NCBI GenBank assembly: GCA_905479655.1
Contig: CAJQNK010000066.1
Span: forward strand, 1-63,487
DNA from: an uncultured bacterium
GTDB taxonomy: Bacteria > Acidobacteriota > Thermoanaerobaculia > Multivoradales > JAHEKO01
Direction of reading: 5' to 3'
DNA: 63,487 nucleotides
Shown here: positions 1-11,897 of the stretch, piece by piece
How positions within the stretch are numbered: the stretch's first letter is position 1
How the letters are laid out: each line of letters begins with the position of its first letter
Made by a program: the position numbers and the translations under genes
The notes under the pieces: model-generated
What the model saw: only the letters and a program-made list of their open reading frames with translations
What the model was told of the DNA's origin: nothing
Database searches by the model: none

Positions 1-147
1 GGCGAGACACGCTACGAGCGGCCCTCTTCTCCGGACACATCGTTGGGAATCCTCCCCGATTCACCGAATCGAGTGCGGATTCCCGCCTTGATTCCGAAGA
101 AGATTACGCGCTCTCGCTCGCGCCCGGCTTCCACCACGGGCTGCTAG
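1..147. mobile_element. MITE-like element, copy 1 (left end cut off by the window edge)
   Basis: Matches 18809-18955 without gaps and with 4 mismatches in 147 nt. It ends in CTTCCACCACGGGCTG+CTAG, and the CTAG (144-147) contains the TAG stop of the TonB receptor gene. Confidence 0.85.
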
Positions 148-2324
148 AAGGCCACCTCCACTCCGAGCCGCACCGTCCGGCCGGGCTCCAGGATCCGCTC
201 GCCGGTGAACGGGTCCAGGGTGTTGAGGTGGTCGGCGTAGCGTTCGTCAGCCACGTTCTCGACACCGCCGCGCAGCGTCCAGCGGCCCAGGGTCCGACCT
301 CCCGTGACGTCCGCTGTGGTCCAGCCGGGGGTCTCGATCTCGTCGCGCGCCGCGGCGACGCGGTCCTGCCGCTCGGCGACGGTGAGCCCCAGGTCGAGCC
401 ACCAGGCGTCGGCCGACCAGCGGGCCCCGGCCCGCAGGGTGAGCGGCGGCATGCCGAAGGCGGGCTCGTCGAACAGGGTGTCCTCGCCGCGCACCCAGCT
501 CGCGCTGGCGCGCCAGGAGAGGCGTCGTCCGATCCGATGGTCGACCCGCGCCTCGCCGCCCCAGAAGACCCCGTCGTCGCCGTTGACGTAGCGGTAGACG
601 ATGGGCGGGCTCAGGGGTAGGCGCTTCGGGATGTCGGGGTCCTGCGTGACCGTGATGTAGTCCGCGATCGAGCGGTAGAAGCCGGAGGCCTGGAAGGTGA
701 GATCGCCGCTCGCGTAGGCGACTCCGAGATCGAACTGGCGGGCGGTCTCCGCCTTCAACCCCGGGTCGCCGAGGAACTCGGCCGCGATCTGGAAGCGCGT
801 GCTGGGGAACCGGTCGGAGTAGCGCTCGAGGATCGAGGGGGTGCGATCGACCTGCCCCGCTCCCGCCGACAGGCTCCAGCCGTGGCCCACGGCGCGGCGC
901 GCGTTGACCGCGACGCCCAGGTGGCTGTCGTCGGCGTCGAGAGGACCCGCGACCCCGTCCGCGAAGAAGGGCGAAACCTCGCCGGCCCGGGTGTCGATGA
1001 GGTCGCCACGCAGGGTCACGGCGACACTCCAGCCGTCGCCCCGGCGGATCCCCTGGGCGTAGAGCCCGAGGTCGTCCTGCCTCGCGTTGGGCCAGACGAT
1101 GTCCCGGAACAGGACCATGCCGTTGTCGCGGCGGGTGACGGTGCGGCTCGCGGTCTGCTCCAGACGGTAGGCGTCGAGGCCGACCTTGCCGCTCCAGGCT
1201 CCGCCTCCGCCCTCGGCGTAGAGGCGCCCGCCGGTGGTGTCGGACTCGGCCGGGAGGTCGACGGCGATGGCGAACGGCGGCATCCGGTTCGCATTCGGCT
1301 GCGCCGTCGGCTTCTCGTCGTTGTTCATCCGGTGGTCCTTGCGGTTGGAGTAGAGCTGTCCGTACACCTGCAGGCCCGACGATCCCGGGAAGGCGCTCAT
1401 CTCGAGGGCGTGGGAGCGGGTGTGGAAGTAGGTGGCGTCGAGCAGGCGACCCGCGTAGTCGACGTCCTTCTGCTCCTGGTAGCCGCCGGTGTAGTCCACG
1501 AGGGTCGACTCGCTCGGGCGCCACCCCAGGCTCCAGCGCAGGTCGCGGGAGGTGTAGTCGGCCGGCACCTTGCCGCCGCCGCCGCCGGGCTCGTAGTCGT
1601 CGCCCGAGCGGGCATTGCCGACGAGGCGGGCGCGCCAGCGCTCGGTGGTGGTCCCGAGGTCGAGCCAGGTGTCCTGGTCGCCGGTGTTGTCTCCCCACGA
1701 GACGCCCGCTCGGCCGTCGATGCCGGTGCCGCCGTCGCCGAAGGAGGGGCGGAGCGTCTCGAGACGCACCGCGGTGATGGCGCCGGAGCCCCAGGTGAGG
1801 GCGTAGGGTCCCTTGACGACCTCCATGCGCTCGACGGCGTGGGGGCTGACGTGGGAGAGGTCGGAGTCCATGCGCCCCGGCCCCGCGGCGAAGGTGCGGG
1901 TGCCGTCGACGAACATCCCGACCTGGCCCTCCTGGGCGCCGCGCACCTGGGGGTCGAGGCCGATCGGGCCACGACGCACGGCGGACATGCCCTCGAAGTC
2001 GCGGAGGTACTCCACGACGTCCCGGGCCTGGGCCCGTTCGATGGCGCGGCCGGGCAGGGCGCTGCCGGCGGGAAGCTCGGGCGCGCTGGAGGTGACGATC
2101 AGCTCCTGGCGGAAGCGGGCGCGGGGTGGATCGATCGCGTTCTCCTCGGCGCTCTCGGACTGGGCGCTCTCGGACTGTGTGCTGTCGGGCTGGGCGCTCT
2201 CGGGCGGGGTCTCGGACGGGTTCTCGGACTCCGGCTGCGCGTGCAGCTGGGCGGGGATAGCGACCCCGAACAGGGTCGTCAGGAGCAGCGCGACCGTCCA
2301 CGGTCGCAGGGTCTGTCGGGACAT
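144..2324 (-). CDS. TonB-dependent outer-membrane receptor, OprC/copper-receptor-like
   Basis: Signal peptide; plug motifs DPQVRG, DG..GPGRMD and VVKGPY; DHRMNN (HxM); C-terminal GVENVADERY...GRTVRLGVEVAF ending in Phe; SD AGGAGG upstream of ATG. Confidence 0.9.
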   Translation of the reverse strand: MSRQTLRPWTVALLLTTLFGVAIPAQLHAQPESENPSETPPESAQPDSTQSESAQSESAEENAIDPPRARFRQELIVTSSAPELPAGSALPGRAIERAQARDVVEYLRDFEGMSAVRRGPIGLDPQVRGAQEGQVGMFVDGTRTFAAGPGRMDSDLSHVSPHAVERMEVVKGPYALTWGSGAITAVRLETLRPSFGDGGTGIDGRAGVSWGDNTGDQDTWLDLGTTTERWRARLVGNARSGDDYEPGGGGGKVPADYTSRDLRWSLGWRPSESTLVDYTGGYQEQKDVDYAGRLLDATYFHTRSHALEMSAFPGSSGLQVYGQLYSNRKDHRMNNDEKPTAQPNANRMPPFAIAVDLPAESDTTGGRLYAEGGGGAWSGKVGLDAYRLEQTASRTVTRRDNGMVLFRDIVWPNARQDDLGLYAQGIRRGDGWSVAVTLRGDLIDTRAGEVSPFFADGVAGPLDADDSHLGVAVNARRAVGHGWSLSAGAGQVDRTPSILERYSDRFPSTRFQIAAEFLGDPGLKAETARQFDLGVAYASGDLTFQASGFYRSIADYITVTQDPDIPKRLPLSPPIVYRYVNGDDGVFWGGEARVDHRIGRRLSWRASASWVRGEDTLFDEPAFGMPPLTLRAGARWSADAWWLDLGLTVAERQDRVAAARDEIETPGWTTADVTGGRTLGRWTLRGGVENVADERYADHLNTLDPFTGERILEPGRTVRLGVEVAF

Positions 2325-2543
2325 GTTGTCCTCCTGGTGAAGCCGTTCTCGCTCTGGATGATGGCAGGGCGAGGCCCTCCCGCACGGATCGATGTCCGTC
2401 GAGACAGCCCCGTGGGAGGCTGTAGCGAGGTCCCGGGTCGCGCGTGGTCACGTCGTCGGCCGGGGCTCCGGAGCGCGGCCGTATCGGGCTCGCGGACTCC
2501 GGTCACCGGCTCGCGACGGTGCCTGACGCGTTCTCTCGGGGCG

Positions 2544-2939
2544 CTACGCCGCCCGCGCGGCTTCGGGTGGAGGCGTGGCCGGGTCGAGCCCTCCGGCCAG
2601 GAGGCGAAAGTCCGGCCCGGGCGGGGTCGGGGTCACGGCGGGAGACGGGACGGGTTCGGAGGTCGCCGAGCGAGCCGCGGGCGGCAGGCCCCCGGCGGCG
2701 AAAGCGGCCTGCGTCGCGGCCGGAGACGCCGGTGCGGATCGCAGACCGCAGGACCCCATCACCCCGGCCATCGGGCAACGCGCGCCCTCGTGGGCGGCAT
2801 CGCTGAGACAGCAGCAGCCCGTGGGCGCGCAGGCCATGCTCGGCGCGATCGTCGCCGCGGCGACGACACCGTGGGGCAGCATGATCCCGAGGATCAGGCC
2901 GCCGCAGGCGAGGCAGAGGGCGAGAGCGTGGCGGAGCAT
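2544..2939 (-). CDS. Small Cys-rich protein with signal-like N-terminus and Pro-rich C-terminus; candidate CruR/CutF (DUF2946-like) leader protein
   Basis: Hydrophobic N-terminus, CAPTGCCC..H..C..C cluster and C-terminal DPATPPP; co-directional and 219 nt upstream of the TonB receptor. Confidence 0.6.
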   Translation of the reverse strand: MLRHALALCLACGGLILGIMLPHGVVAAATIAPSMACAPTGCCCLSDAAHEGARCPMAGVMGSCGLRSAPASPAATQAAFAAGGLPPAARSATSEPVPSPAVTPTPPGPDFRLLAGGLDPATPPPEAARAA

Positions 2940-3006
2940 GGGAAGGAATCTATCAGAGGGGGCAGGAGGGCGCGTAATCGCCTCGCCGCCTCGCCGCCTC
3001 CGCCCT

Positions 3007-4239
3007 CTACCCCCCGAACTCTCCCAGCACCCGCAGGACCTCGTCGATGTCCCCCGCCTTGTGCTCGGCGGAGACCTGGAAGCGGATGCTCTGGTCGCCG
3101 TGGGGCACGACGGGGAAGTTGAGCCCCGTGGCCAGGACGCCGTTCTCCTCGAGGTGGCGCACGAGCGCGGCCGTCTTCTCCGTCTCGCGTACCACCAGCG
3201 GCACGACCGGGTGGTCGCCGGGGATCGTCTCGAAGCCCAGGTCCACGAGGCCCTGCTCGAAGCGGGCGGTCATCTTCCGCAGGTGGGCCAACAGGGACCG
3301 GCCCTCTTCGCTGTCGACGATCTCCAGCGAGCGCTGCGCCGCCGCGGCCTCGCCGGGGGTGATGGGGTTCGAGTAGATGTAGAGCGGCGCGGTCTCCCGC
3401 AGGTAGTCGCGGGCGACCCGGTCGGCGACGACGTAGCCGCCGTTCACCCCCAGCGCCTTGCCCAGGGTGGCGATGAGCAGGTCCGCCGCGCCCGCCGCGC
3501 CGGTGGCCTCCTCCGTGCCGCGGCCCGTCTCGCCGAGGGCGGCGACGCCGTGGGAGTCGTCGACCACCAGGACGGCGTTCTCGGGGAAGTCGTCGTCGTG
3601 ACGCCGGACGACCTCCGTGATCTCGCCCAGGGGGGCGTAGTCGCCGCGCATGGAGAAGACCCCGTCGGTCACGACGAGGGCGCGGGCGCAGCCGTTGGCC
3701 GCGGCCTCGCCCAGGCGGGCGTCGAGCTCGTCGAGATCCAGGTGGGCGTAGACGTGCTTCTCCTTCGGCCGCGCCAGCCGCAGGGCGTTGATGATGCAGT
3801 TGTGGTTCAGTGCGTCGCTGATGACGGCCGTCTCGGCGGTGATCATGGGCACCAGGACGCCCAGGGTGGTGGCGTAGGCGGAGCTGAAGATCATCCCCGC
3901 CTCGCGCCCGTGGAACGCGGCCAGGCGCTGCTCGAGACGCTGGTGGACGTCGTAGGTGCCGCTGATGAAGCGCACGGCCCCGGGCCCCGCACCGTAGCGG
4001 CGCGAAGTCTCCTCCTCGGCCTGGATCACTTCCGGGCGTAGCGACAGGCCGAGGTAGGAGTTGGAGTTCATGCGCAGGAACGGACGGTCGCCCCGACCCT
4101 CCAGCAGGAACCGGGGGCCGCGGTCGTCGGTGGCCGGCAGGACCGCGGTCACGACCTTCTCGGCTCCCTTGGCGGTCCCCTTGGAGCGCAGGCTGTCCAG
4201 CTCGGTGGCGAGGGCTTGAAGCAGTCTCTCGACGGGCAT
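3007..4239 (-). CDS. kbl: Glycine C-acetyltransferase (2-amino-3-ketobutyrate CoA ligase), class II PLP enzyme
   Basis: SNSYLGL, GAVRFISGT, SDALNHNCII, TDGVFSMRG, DDSHG and TLGKALG motifs; ATG at 4239 (MPVERL) with GGAG upstream; directly downstream of tdh. Confidence 0.85.
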   Translation of the reverse strand: MPVERLLQALATELDSLRSKGTAKGAEKVVTAVLPATDDRGPRFLLEGRGDRPFLRMNSNSYLGLSLRPEVIQAEEETSRRYGAGPGAVRFISGTYDVHQRLEQRLAAFHGREAGMIFSSAYATTLGVLVPMITAETAVISDALNHNCIINALRLARPKEKHVYAHLDLDELDARLGEAAANGCARALVVTDGVFSMRGDYAPLGEITEVVRRHDDDFPENAVLVVDDSHGVAALGETGRGTEEATGAAGAADLLIATLGKALGVNGGYVVADRVARDYLRETAPLYIYSNPITPGEAAAAQRSLEIVDSEEGRSLLAHLRKMTARFEQGLVDLGFETIPGDHPVVPLVVRETEKTAALVRHLEENGVLATGLNFPVVPHGDQSIRFQVSAEHKAGDIDEVLRVLGEFGG

Positions 4240-4250
4240 CGCTCGGTCTC

Positions 4251-5237
4251 CTATCCGTCCGTGTCGGTCGTCTCGTCCCGCGTCGTCTCGTCGCGGGCCA
4301 GCCGCGGCGCGAGCTTCTCCAACATGTCCGCGGTCATGGAGGCGAGGTCGAACTCCGGGTTCCAGTCCCATTCGTCCCGCGCCGCGCTGTCGTCCAGCGA
4401 GTCGGGCCACGAGTCGGCGATCGCCTGGCGGATCGGGTCGACCTGGTAGTCGATCGTAAACCCGGGGATGTGGCGCCGGATCTCCGCGGCCAGCTCCACC
4501 GGGGTGAAGTTCATCGCCGTGACGTTGAACGCGTTGCGGTGGCGCAGCCGCTCCTCCGACACCTCCATCACGCCGATGGCGGCGTGGAGCGCGTCGGGCA
4601 TGTACATCATGTCGAGCCGGCTGTCGGGTCGCAGGAAGCAGGTGTAGCGCCCGTTCTTCAGCGCCTCGTAGTAGATCTCGACGGCGTAGTCGGTGGTGCC
4701 GCCGCCGGGCGGCGCGACGTACGAGATGATGCCGGGAAAGCGCACGCCGCGGGCGTCGACGCCGAAGCGCTCGTGGTAGTAGTCGCACAGCAGCTCGCCC
4801 GCGACCTTGGTGACGCCGTACATCGTCGTGGGGCGTTGGACCGTGGTCTGCGGCGTCCTCTCCTTCGGCGTCCCGGGTCCGAAGGCGCCGATCGAGCTGG
4901 GCGTGAAGACCGCGCAGCCGGTCTGGCGCGCGACCTCGAGCACCTTGTACACGCCGCCCATGTTGATCTCCCAGGCCATCCTCGGCCTCTCCTCGGCGAC
5001 GGCGGAAAGCAGGGCGGCGAGGTGGTAGATGGTGTCCACCTCGTGGCGCGCGACGGTGTCGGCGATCTGCTGCAGGTTCGTGCAGTCGACGTACTCGAAC
5101 AGGGGCTCGTCCGACCCCCGGGCGGGCATGCGGACATCCGACGAGACGACGTTGTCGTCGCCGTAGCGCTCGCGTAGGGCCGGCACCAGCTCCGATCCGA
5201 TCTGGCCCAGCGCTCCTGTGACGAGGATCTTCTTCAT
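4251..5237 (-). CDS. tdh: L-threonine 3-dehydrogenase, SDR/NAD-epimerase type
   Basis: GALGQIG Rossmann motif, YGVTK, PGGGTTDYAV and RQAIADSWP, typical of SDR-type TDH; paired with kbl. Confidence 0.88.
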   Translation of the reverse strand: MKKILVTGALGQIGSELVPALRERYGDDNVVSSDVRMPARGSDEPLFEYVDCTNLQQIADTVARHEVDTIYHLAALLSAVAEERPRMAWEINMGGVYKVLEVARQTGCAVFTPSSIGAFGPGTPKERTPQTTVQRPTTMYGVTKVAGELLCDYYHERFGVDARGVRFPGIISYVAPPGGGTTDYAVEIYYEALKNGRYTCFLRPDSRLDMMYMPDALHAAIGVMEVSEERLRHRNAFNVTAMNFTPVELAAEIRRHIPGFTIDYQVDPIRQAIADSWPDSLDDSAARDEWDWNPEFDLASMTADMLEKLAPRLARDETTRDETTDTDG

Positions 5238-5376
5238 GGGGCCCCCCGACCAGTCGGGTTGTTGGTTTCGGAAGTCGCCTGGAGAGGCGGTCGCGCTCGC
5301 GCGCGATCATGGTAGCGGCGGCGGTGGAGGGCGGCAAGCGCCGGCCCGTCGGGTCGGCGGTAGACTCCGGGCTCCG

Positions 5377-6423
5377 ATGCCCCTTCGCCTGATGGAGGTC
5401 ACCGTCCCCTCGGCGGCCCTCGACGAGATTCCCGAGATGCTCGACGAGGCGTCCGTGGCCCACGTGTGGACGACCGACGAGGGGGACGGTACGGGTCTCG
5501 TCCGGGTGCTCCTGGAGGCGGAGGAGACCGAGGCGGTCTCCGACCTCTTCGTGGGCCGGTTCGGCCCCGAGGGCGGCTTCCGCCTGGTCCTGCTGGCCGT
5601 CGAGGCCACGCTGCCGGCGGTCGAGCGGGAGGAGAAGAAGGAGGCCGAGGAGGAGGGGCCGGGTGGCGAAGCGGGCGGCGGGGAGGGTGGGAAGGACGAG
5701 GGCAGGGGTCCGCGGCGCATCGGCCGGGAGGAGCTGTACGAGGACATCTCCCAGGCGAGCCGTCTCGACCGCGTCTACCTCGCCATGGTGGCGCTCTCCA
5801 CCGTCGTCGCCGCCGTTGGCCTGATCCGGGGCGACACGGCCATCGTCATCGGCGCCATGGTCATCGCGCCCCTCCTCGGGCCCAACGTGGCGCTCTCCCT
5901 GGCCTGCACGCTGGGGGACGTGGAGCTGGCGAAGCGCTCGCTGCGCGCGATCGGCGCCGGGGTGGCGACGGCGGCGGCGATCTCCATCCTCCTCGGCCTG
6001 GCCCTCGACGTCGACCCCGCCGCCCCGGAGCTCGCCGCCCGCACCCGAGCGGGGCTCGGCGACCTCGCGCTGGCGCTGGCCGCGGGCGCCGCGGGCTCCC
6101 TGGCCTTCACCAGCGGGGTCCCGGCCGTTCTCGTGGGGGTGATGGTGGCGGTGGCCCTCCTCCCGCCCCTGGTGGCCGCCGGGCTCCTCGCCGGGGCGGG
6201 CTACCCGGACCTGGCGCTGGGCGCGCTGGCCCTGATGCTGACCAACGTGGCGTGCGTCAACCTCGCCGCGATCGGGACGTTCCTCGTCCAGCGGGTCCGT
6301 CCGCGGACCTGGTGGGAGGCCGACCGGGCGCGCAAGGCGACGCGCGTTGCAATCGCCACCTGGCTCGTCCTCCTCGGCCTGCTCGTGGGGCTGATCGCGC
6401 TCGGTCGCGTGGGCGGGATATGA
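5377..6423 (+). CDS. TIGR00341/DUF389 family membrane protein
   Basis: REELY..I, VIGAMVIAPLLGP and GVMVAVALLPPL motifs; several TM segments; ATG at 5377. Confidence 0.85.
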   Translation: MPLRLMEVTVPSAALDEIPEMLDEASVAHVWTTDEGDGTGLVRVLLEAEETEAVSDLFVGRFGPEGGFRLVLLAVEATLPAVEREEKKEAEEEGPGGEAGGGEGGKDEGRGPRRIGREELYEDISQASRLDRVYLAMVALSTVVAAVGLIRGDTAIVIGAMVIAPLLGPNVALSLACTLGDVELAKRSLRAIGAGVATAAAISILLGLALDVDPAAPELAARTRAGLGDLALALAAGAAGSLAFTSGVPAVLVGVMVAVALLPPLVAAGLLAGAGYPDLALGALALMLTNVACVNLAAIGTFLVQRVRPRTWWEADRARKATRVAIATWLVLLGLLVGLIALGRVGGI

Positions 6424-6623
6424 CGCGGAGGCCCGGAGGGATCGGGACGACCGACCGACGACCTCCCGGCGTCGACTCCGATCCGCGCGGTCGATGAGGA
6501 CGGGCGGGATTTCCGGCCTCGCTCTGACGCGTTGCGGCAGGAGGCTCGCGTCTCGGTCGCCCGGCCGGGTGGGAGCGGCCCCCGCCTGCCGGGGTGGCGC
6601 GTTCTCCACCCTCCCCGCCTAGC

Positions 6624-7757
<1,134 letters not shown>

Positions 7758-7764
7758 CAGGAGG

Positions 7765-8259
7765 ATGGGCATGAGCATCACCGCGCTGGACTCGCTCCTC
7801 AAGGAGCATCCCTTCTTCGCTGAGCTCGGAGACGAATACCTCGAGCTCATCGGTGGTTGCGCCAGCAACGTCAAGTTCGCGGCCGGCGAGCAGGTCTTCC
7901 GCGAAGGGCAGGACGCCAAGGGCTTCTACCTGATCCGGTACGGACGGGTGGCCGTCGAGCTGTTCGCGCCCGGGACGGGCTCGATCACCATCCAGACCCT
8001 GCACGAGGGCGACATCCTCGGATGGTCCTGGTTGCTGCCGCCCTTCCGCTGGCACCACGACGCCAAGGCGCTCGACCTCACGCGGGCGATCCACTTCGAC
8101 GGCACCTGCCTGCGCAAGAAGTGCGAGGAAGACCCACGCTTCGGTTACCTGATCATGAGCCGGTTCTCCCAGGTCATCGTGAGCCGGCTGCAGGGAGCGC
8201 AGCTCCAGCTCCTGGACCTCTACGGGAAGACCGACCATGGAAAGCCCGAAAACGACTGA
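7765..8259 (+). CDS. Stand-alone cyclic-nucleotide-binding domain protein
   Basis: F..GE.VFREG....FYLI..G.V and GDILGWSWL; 164 aa with no HTH; SD AGGAGG. Confidence 0.85.
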   Translation: MGMSITALDSLLKEHPFFAELGDEYLELIGGCASNVKFAAGEQVFREGQDAKGFYLIRYGRVAVELFAPGTGSITIQTLHEGDILGWSWLLPPFRWHHDAKALDLTRAIHFDGTCLRKKCEEDPRFGYLIMSRFSQVIVSRLQGAQLQLLDLYGKTDHGKPEND

Positions 8260-9103
8260 GACCCTGGCGTCACCGGGCCTCGACCCGATGCTGCCCAGGC
8301 CGTTCGTCCTCAAGAGCATCGAGCAGGAGAACGTCGACACCTGGACTCTGGAGCTCGAAGCGGTGGACGCAGACGGCGACCTCGCCTTCGAGCCCGGCCA
8401 GTTCAACATGGTCTATCGGCTCGGTGTCGGCGAGGTGCCGATCTCCATCTCCTCCGATCCGACCCGTCCCGAGCGGCTGCTGCACACGATCCGCTCCGTG
8501 GGCGCCGTGACCGGCGGCCTGTGCGCGATGAAGCCCGGCGAGATCCTGGGCCTGCGGGGGCCGTTCGGCAACGCCTGGCCCGTCTCCCTGGCCCACGACT
8601 CCGACCTGGTCTTCGTCGCGGGCGGAATCGGCCTTGCGCCCCTGCGTCCGGCGATCTACCAGGTGCTCTCCGAGCGGCGACGCTACGGCCGCGTCGTCAT
8701 CCTCTACGGCGCCCGCAGCGCCGGCGACATGATCTTCGCCGAGGAGCTCGAGACCTGGCGAGGTCGGTTCGACCTCGACGTGCAGGTGACGGTGGACCAT
8801 GCGACGGGTGACTGGTTCGGTCACGTCGGCGTCGTGACCACCCTGATCCCCCGGGCCGGCTTCGATCCGACCCACACCGTCGCCATGGTGTGCGGGCCGG
8901 AGGTCATGATGCGCTTCACCGTGCGGTCGCTGGTCGACCGGGGTGTCGCGTCGGAGGGGATCTACCTGTCGATGGAGCGCAACATGAAGTGCGCCGTCGG
9001 CTTCTGCGGCCACTGCCAGTTCGGGCCCTCCTTCATCTGCAAGGACGGGCCCGTGTTCTCGTTGCCCCGAGTCGAACGCTGGCTCGATACGCGGGAGGTC
9101 TGA
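8237..9103 (+). CDS. hydG: Sulfhydrogenase gamma subunit (FAD/NAD-binding, 2Fe-2S)
   Basis: [31 protein letters not shown] and [11 protein letters not shown] motifs. Confidence 0.9.
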   Translation: MESPKTTETLASPGLDPMLPRPFVLKSIEQENVDTWTLELEAVDADGDLAFEPGQFNMVYRLGVGEVPISISSDPTRPERLLHTIRSVGAVTGGLCAMKPGEILGLRGPFGNAWPVSLAHDSDLVFVAGGIGLAPLRPAIYQVLSERRRYGRVVILYGARSAGDMIFAEELETWRGRFDLDVQVTVDHATGDWFGHVGVVTTLIPRAGFDPTHTVAMVCGPEVMMRFTVRSLVDRGVASEGIYLSMERNMKCAVGFCGHCQFGPSFICKDGPVFSLPRVERWLDTREV

Positions 9104-9897
9104 TGTCCGAGCGCAAGCCCAAGCTCGCCGTCTGGAAGTTCGCTTCCTGCGACGGATGCCAACTGAGCCTCCTCAACTGCGAGGACGAGCTCCTGGCCCT
9201 CACGGGCAAGATCGAGATCGCCTACTTCCTCGAGGCCTCGCGGGCGACGGTGGAGGGGCCGTACGACCTGTCGCTGGTGGAGGGCTCGATCACCACGCCC
9301 CACGACGAGGAGCGGATTCACGAGATCCGCCGCTCCTCGCGCTTTCTGATGACCATCGGGGCCTGCGCGACCGCGGGCGGCATCCAGGCGTTGCGGAACT
9401 TCGCCGACGTGCGGGAGTACACCTCGATCGTCTACGCCTCACCGCAGTACATCTCCACGCTGAACAAGTCGACCCCCATCAGTGACCACGTCTGGGTCGA
9501 CTTCGAGCTCCGTGGATGCCCGATCTCCAAGGACCAGCTCCTGGAGGTGATCACCGCCTACCTCCACGAGCGCAAGCCGGCCATCCCGAAGCACTCCGTC
9601 TGTGTCGAGTGCAAGACGGCGGGCAACGTCTGCGTCATGGTCAGCCACGGCACCGCGTGCCTGGGACCGGTGACCCAGGCGGGATGCGGCGCCCTGTGCC
9701 CCGCCTACGATCGGGGTTGCTTCGGCTGCTTCGGGCCCAAGGAGACGCCCAACACGATCTCGCTCTCCGCCTGGCTCCAGGAGCGGGGCAGCGAGCGCCG
9801 GGAGCTGATCCGCTCCTTCCGCAACTTCAACGCCTATGCCACCGCTTTCCGCAAGGAGAGCGAGGCCCTGGAAAGGGCGGAGGCGACGCATGGCTGA
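9103..9897 (+). CDS. hydD: Sulfhydrogenase delta (small) subunit
   Basis: [30 protein letters not shown] and CFGCFGP motifs; TGATG overlap with hydG. Confidence 0.9.
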   Translation: MSERKPKLAVWKFASCDGCQLSLLNCEDELLALTGKIEIAYFLEASRATVEGPYDLSLVEGSITTPHDEERIHEIRRSSRFLMTIGACATAGGIQALRNFADVREYTSIVYASPQYISTLNKSTPISDHVWVDFELRGCPISKDQLLEVITAYLHERKPAIPKHSVCVECKTAGNVCVMVSHGTACLGPVTQAGCGALCPAYDRGCFGCFGPKETPNTISLSAWLQERGSERRELIRSFRNFNAYATAFRKESEALERAEATHG

Positions 9898-11269
9898 GAC
9901 CGTGACCCCCAAGCCTGATTCCCCCGAGACCGGGACTCCTGAGAGTGGGACTCCTGAGAGTGGGACCCGTGAGAACGTCCGCTCCCTCGATCTGAAGGTG
10001 GAGGTCCTCGCCCGCGTCGAGGGCGAGGGGGGCATGCACGTCCGCGTCCGGGGGAACCGGGTCGAGGACGTGAAGCTCAACATCTTCGAGCCTCCCCGGT
10101 TCTTCGAGGCCTTCCTGCGCGGCCGGCAGTTCACCGAGGTGCCGGACATCACGGCCCGCATCTGCGGCATCTGTCCGGTCGCCTACCAGATGAGCTCGTG
10201 CCACGCCATGGAGGAGGCCTGCGGGGTCGAGGTGGGCGGGACGCTGCGCGAGCTGCGACGCCTGCTCTACTGCGGCGAGTGGATCGAGAGTCACGCGCTC
10301 CACATCTACCTGCTGCACGCTCCGGACTTCCTCGGCTACGAGAGCGCCATCCACATGGCCGCCGATTTTCCGGAGGGCGTCCAGAGGGCCCTCGAGCTGA
10401 AGAAGGTCGGCAACGAGCTCCTGACCCTGGTGGGAGGCCGCTCGGTCCACCCGATCAACGTCAAGGTCGGCGGCTTCTACAAGGCGCCGAGCCGGTCCGA
10501 CGCGCGCGCGATGATCGGGCGCCTGGAGTGGGCTCGCGACGCCTCGATCGAGACGCTGAGGCTGGTGGCGGGCTTCGACTTCCCGGTGTTCGAGCGCGAG
10601 TACGAGTTCGTGGCCCTGCGGCACCCGGACGAGTACCCGTTCAATGAGGGGCGGCTGGTCTCGAGCGCCGGGCTCGACGTGCCGATCTCGGAGTTCGACC
10701 GGCACTTCTTCGAGGAACACGTCGAGCACTCGAACGCCCTGCACGGCCGGCGGCGCCACGGCGGCGCCTACTTCGTGGGCCCGATGGCGCGCTACAATCT
10801 GAACTTCGACCGGTTGCCGGCGAGCGTCCAGGCGGCCGCCCTCGAGGCCGGGCTGGAGGAGACGGTGAACAACCCGTTCCGCTCCATCGTCGTGCGCTCG
10901 GTGGAGATGCTCTACGCGTGCGAGGAGGCGCTGCGCATCCTCGACGGCTACGAGCCGCCGCCGGCGCCGGCCGTCGAGGTGACGCCGCGGGAGGGCGTGG
11001 GGCACGGCTGCACCGAGGCGCCGCGGGGCATCCTCTACCACCGCTACCGCATCGGGGCGGACGGCTCGGTGCTGGACGCCACCATCGTGCCGCCGACCTC
11101 CCAGAACCAGCCGACGATCGAGGAGGATCTGAAGGCCTTCGTGGAGGATCATCTCCACCTGCCGCAGGACCGCCTGGTGTGGCAGTGCGAGCAGGCCATC
11201 CGCAATTACGACCCGTGCATCTCGTGCGCTACGCACTTCCTGGACCTACATCTGGAAGAGGTGGAGTAG
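9890..11269 (+). CDS. hydA: [NiFe]-hydrogenase large (alpha) subunit, group 3b
   Basis: ARVEGEG, PRFFE, L1 [15 protein letters not shown] and L2 DPCISCATH followed by a cleavable C-terminal extension. Confidence 0.93.
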   Translation: MAETVTPKPDSPETGTPESGTPESGTRENVRSLDLKVEVLARVEGEGGMHVRVRGNRVEDVKLNIFEPPRFFEAFLRGRQFTEVPDITARICGICPVAYQMSSCHAMEEACGVEVGGTLRELRRLLYCGEWIESHALHIYLLHAPDFLGYESAIHMAADFPEGVQRALELKKVGNELLTLVGGRSVHPINVKVGGFYKAPSRSDARAMIGRLEWARDASIETLRLVAGFDFPVFEREYEFVALRHPDEYPFNEGRLVSSAGLDVPISEFDRHFFEEHVEHSNALHGRRRHGGAYFVGPMARYNLNFDRLPASVQAAALEAGLEETVNNPFRSIVVRSVEMLYACEEALRILDGYEPPPAPAVEVTPREGVGHGCTEAPRGILYHRYRIGADGSVLDATIVPPTSQNQPTIEEDLKAFVEDHLHLPQDRLVWQCEQAIRNYDPCISCATHFLDLHLEEVE

Positions 11270-11403
11270 AGCTGCCAGCGGAAGACGACAGCAGTCTCTG
11301 ACGCCGGGCGCCGGCTTCTCGCGGGACGGGAGGCGCCGGCCCGGCCCCTCCGGTGGCGCAGCCGGTCCGGAGGGTCGGCGTTCGGCGATCCACCCCGCAG
11401 ACG

Positions 11404-11871
11404 ATGCCGGAATCCCCCTCCGATCTCCTGATCCTCGCCCTGGGCAACCCCGATCGTGGAGACGACGACCTGGGCGCCGCGGTCGCCCGTCGGCTCCGAG
11501 GCCGGTTGTCCCCCGGGGTGGAGCTGCGGGAGCTTCCCGGCGCGGCGGATGCGCTCCTCGGGGCCTGGGAGGGCCGCCGGGACGTGTTGGTGATCGACGC
11601 CTCGGCTGCCTCGGGCGCCCCGGGCACCGTGCGTCGCTTCGACGTGGCGGACGGACCGCTGCCGGCCCGCATGCTCTCGCTCTCCTCCCACGGCTTCGGG
11701 CTGGCCGAGGCGGTGGAGATCGGCCGCGCCCTGGGGCGGCTGCCGGAGCGGCTGCGGATCGTGGCCGTGGAGGGGGCGTCGTTCGCCCCGGGGAATCCGC
11801 TGACCCCGGAGGTGGAGGAGGCAGCCGAGCGGTTGGCCGCCGGACTGCTCGACGAGCTCGGGGGGAGCTGA
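11404..11871 (+). CDS. Hydrogenase maturation endopeptidase
   Basis: LGNPDRGDDDLG, VIDA and SSHG motifs; follows the large subunit. Confidence 0.88.
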   Translation: MPESPSDLLILALGNPDRGDDDLGAAVARRLRGRLSPGVELRELPGAADALLGAWEGRRDVLVIDASAASGAPGTVRRFDVADGPLPARMLSLSSHGFGLAEAVEIGRALGRLPERLRIVAVEGASFAPGNPLTPEVEEAAERLAAGLLDELGGS

Positions 11872-11897
11872 GCACGGGATCGGGTTGCCGGAGATCT

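Noticed and set aside
3007-6609. 1200-aa ORF as a giant Kbl fusion
   Set aside because: The part upstream of 4239 is Arg/Pro-rich off-frame sequence overlapping tdh and the antisense of the DUF389 gene; kbl has its own SD and ATG at 4239.
9890-11269. Selenocysteine ([NiFeSe]) hydrogenase
   Set aside because: L2 is DPCISC with ordinary Cys codons and there is no in-frame TGA.
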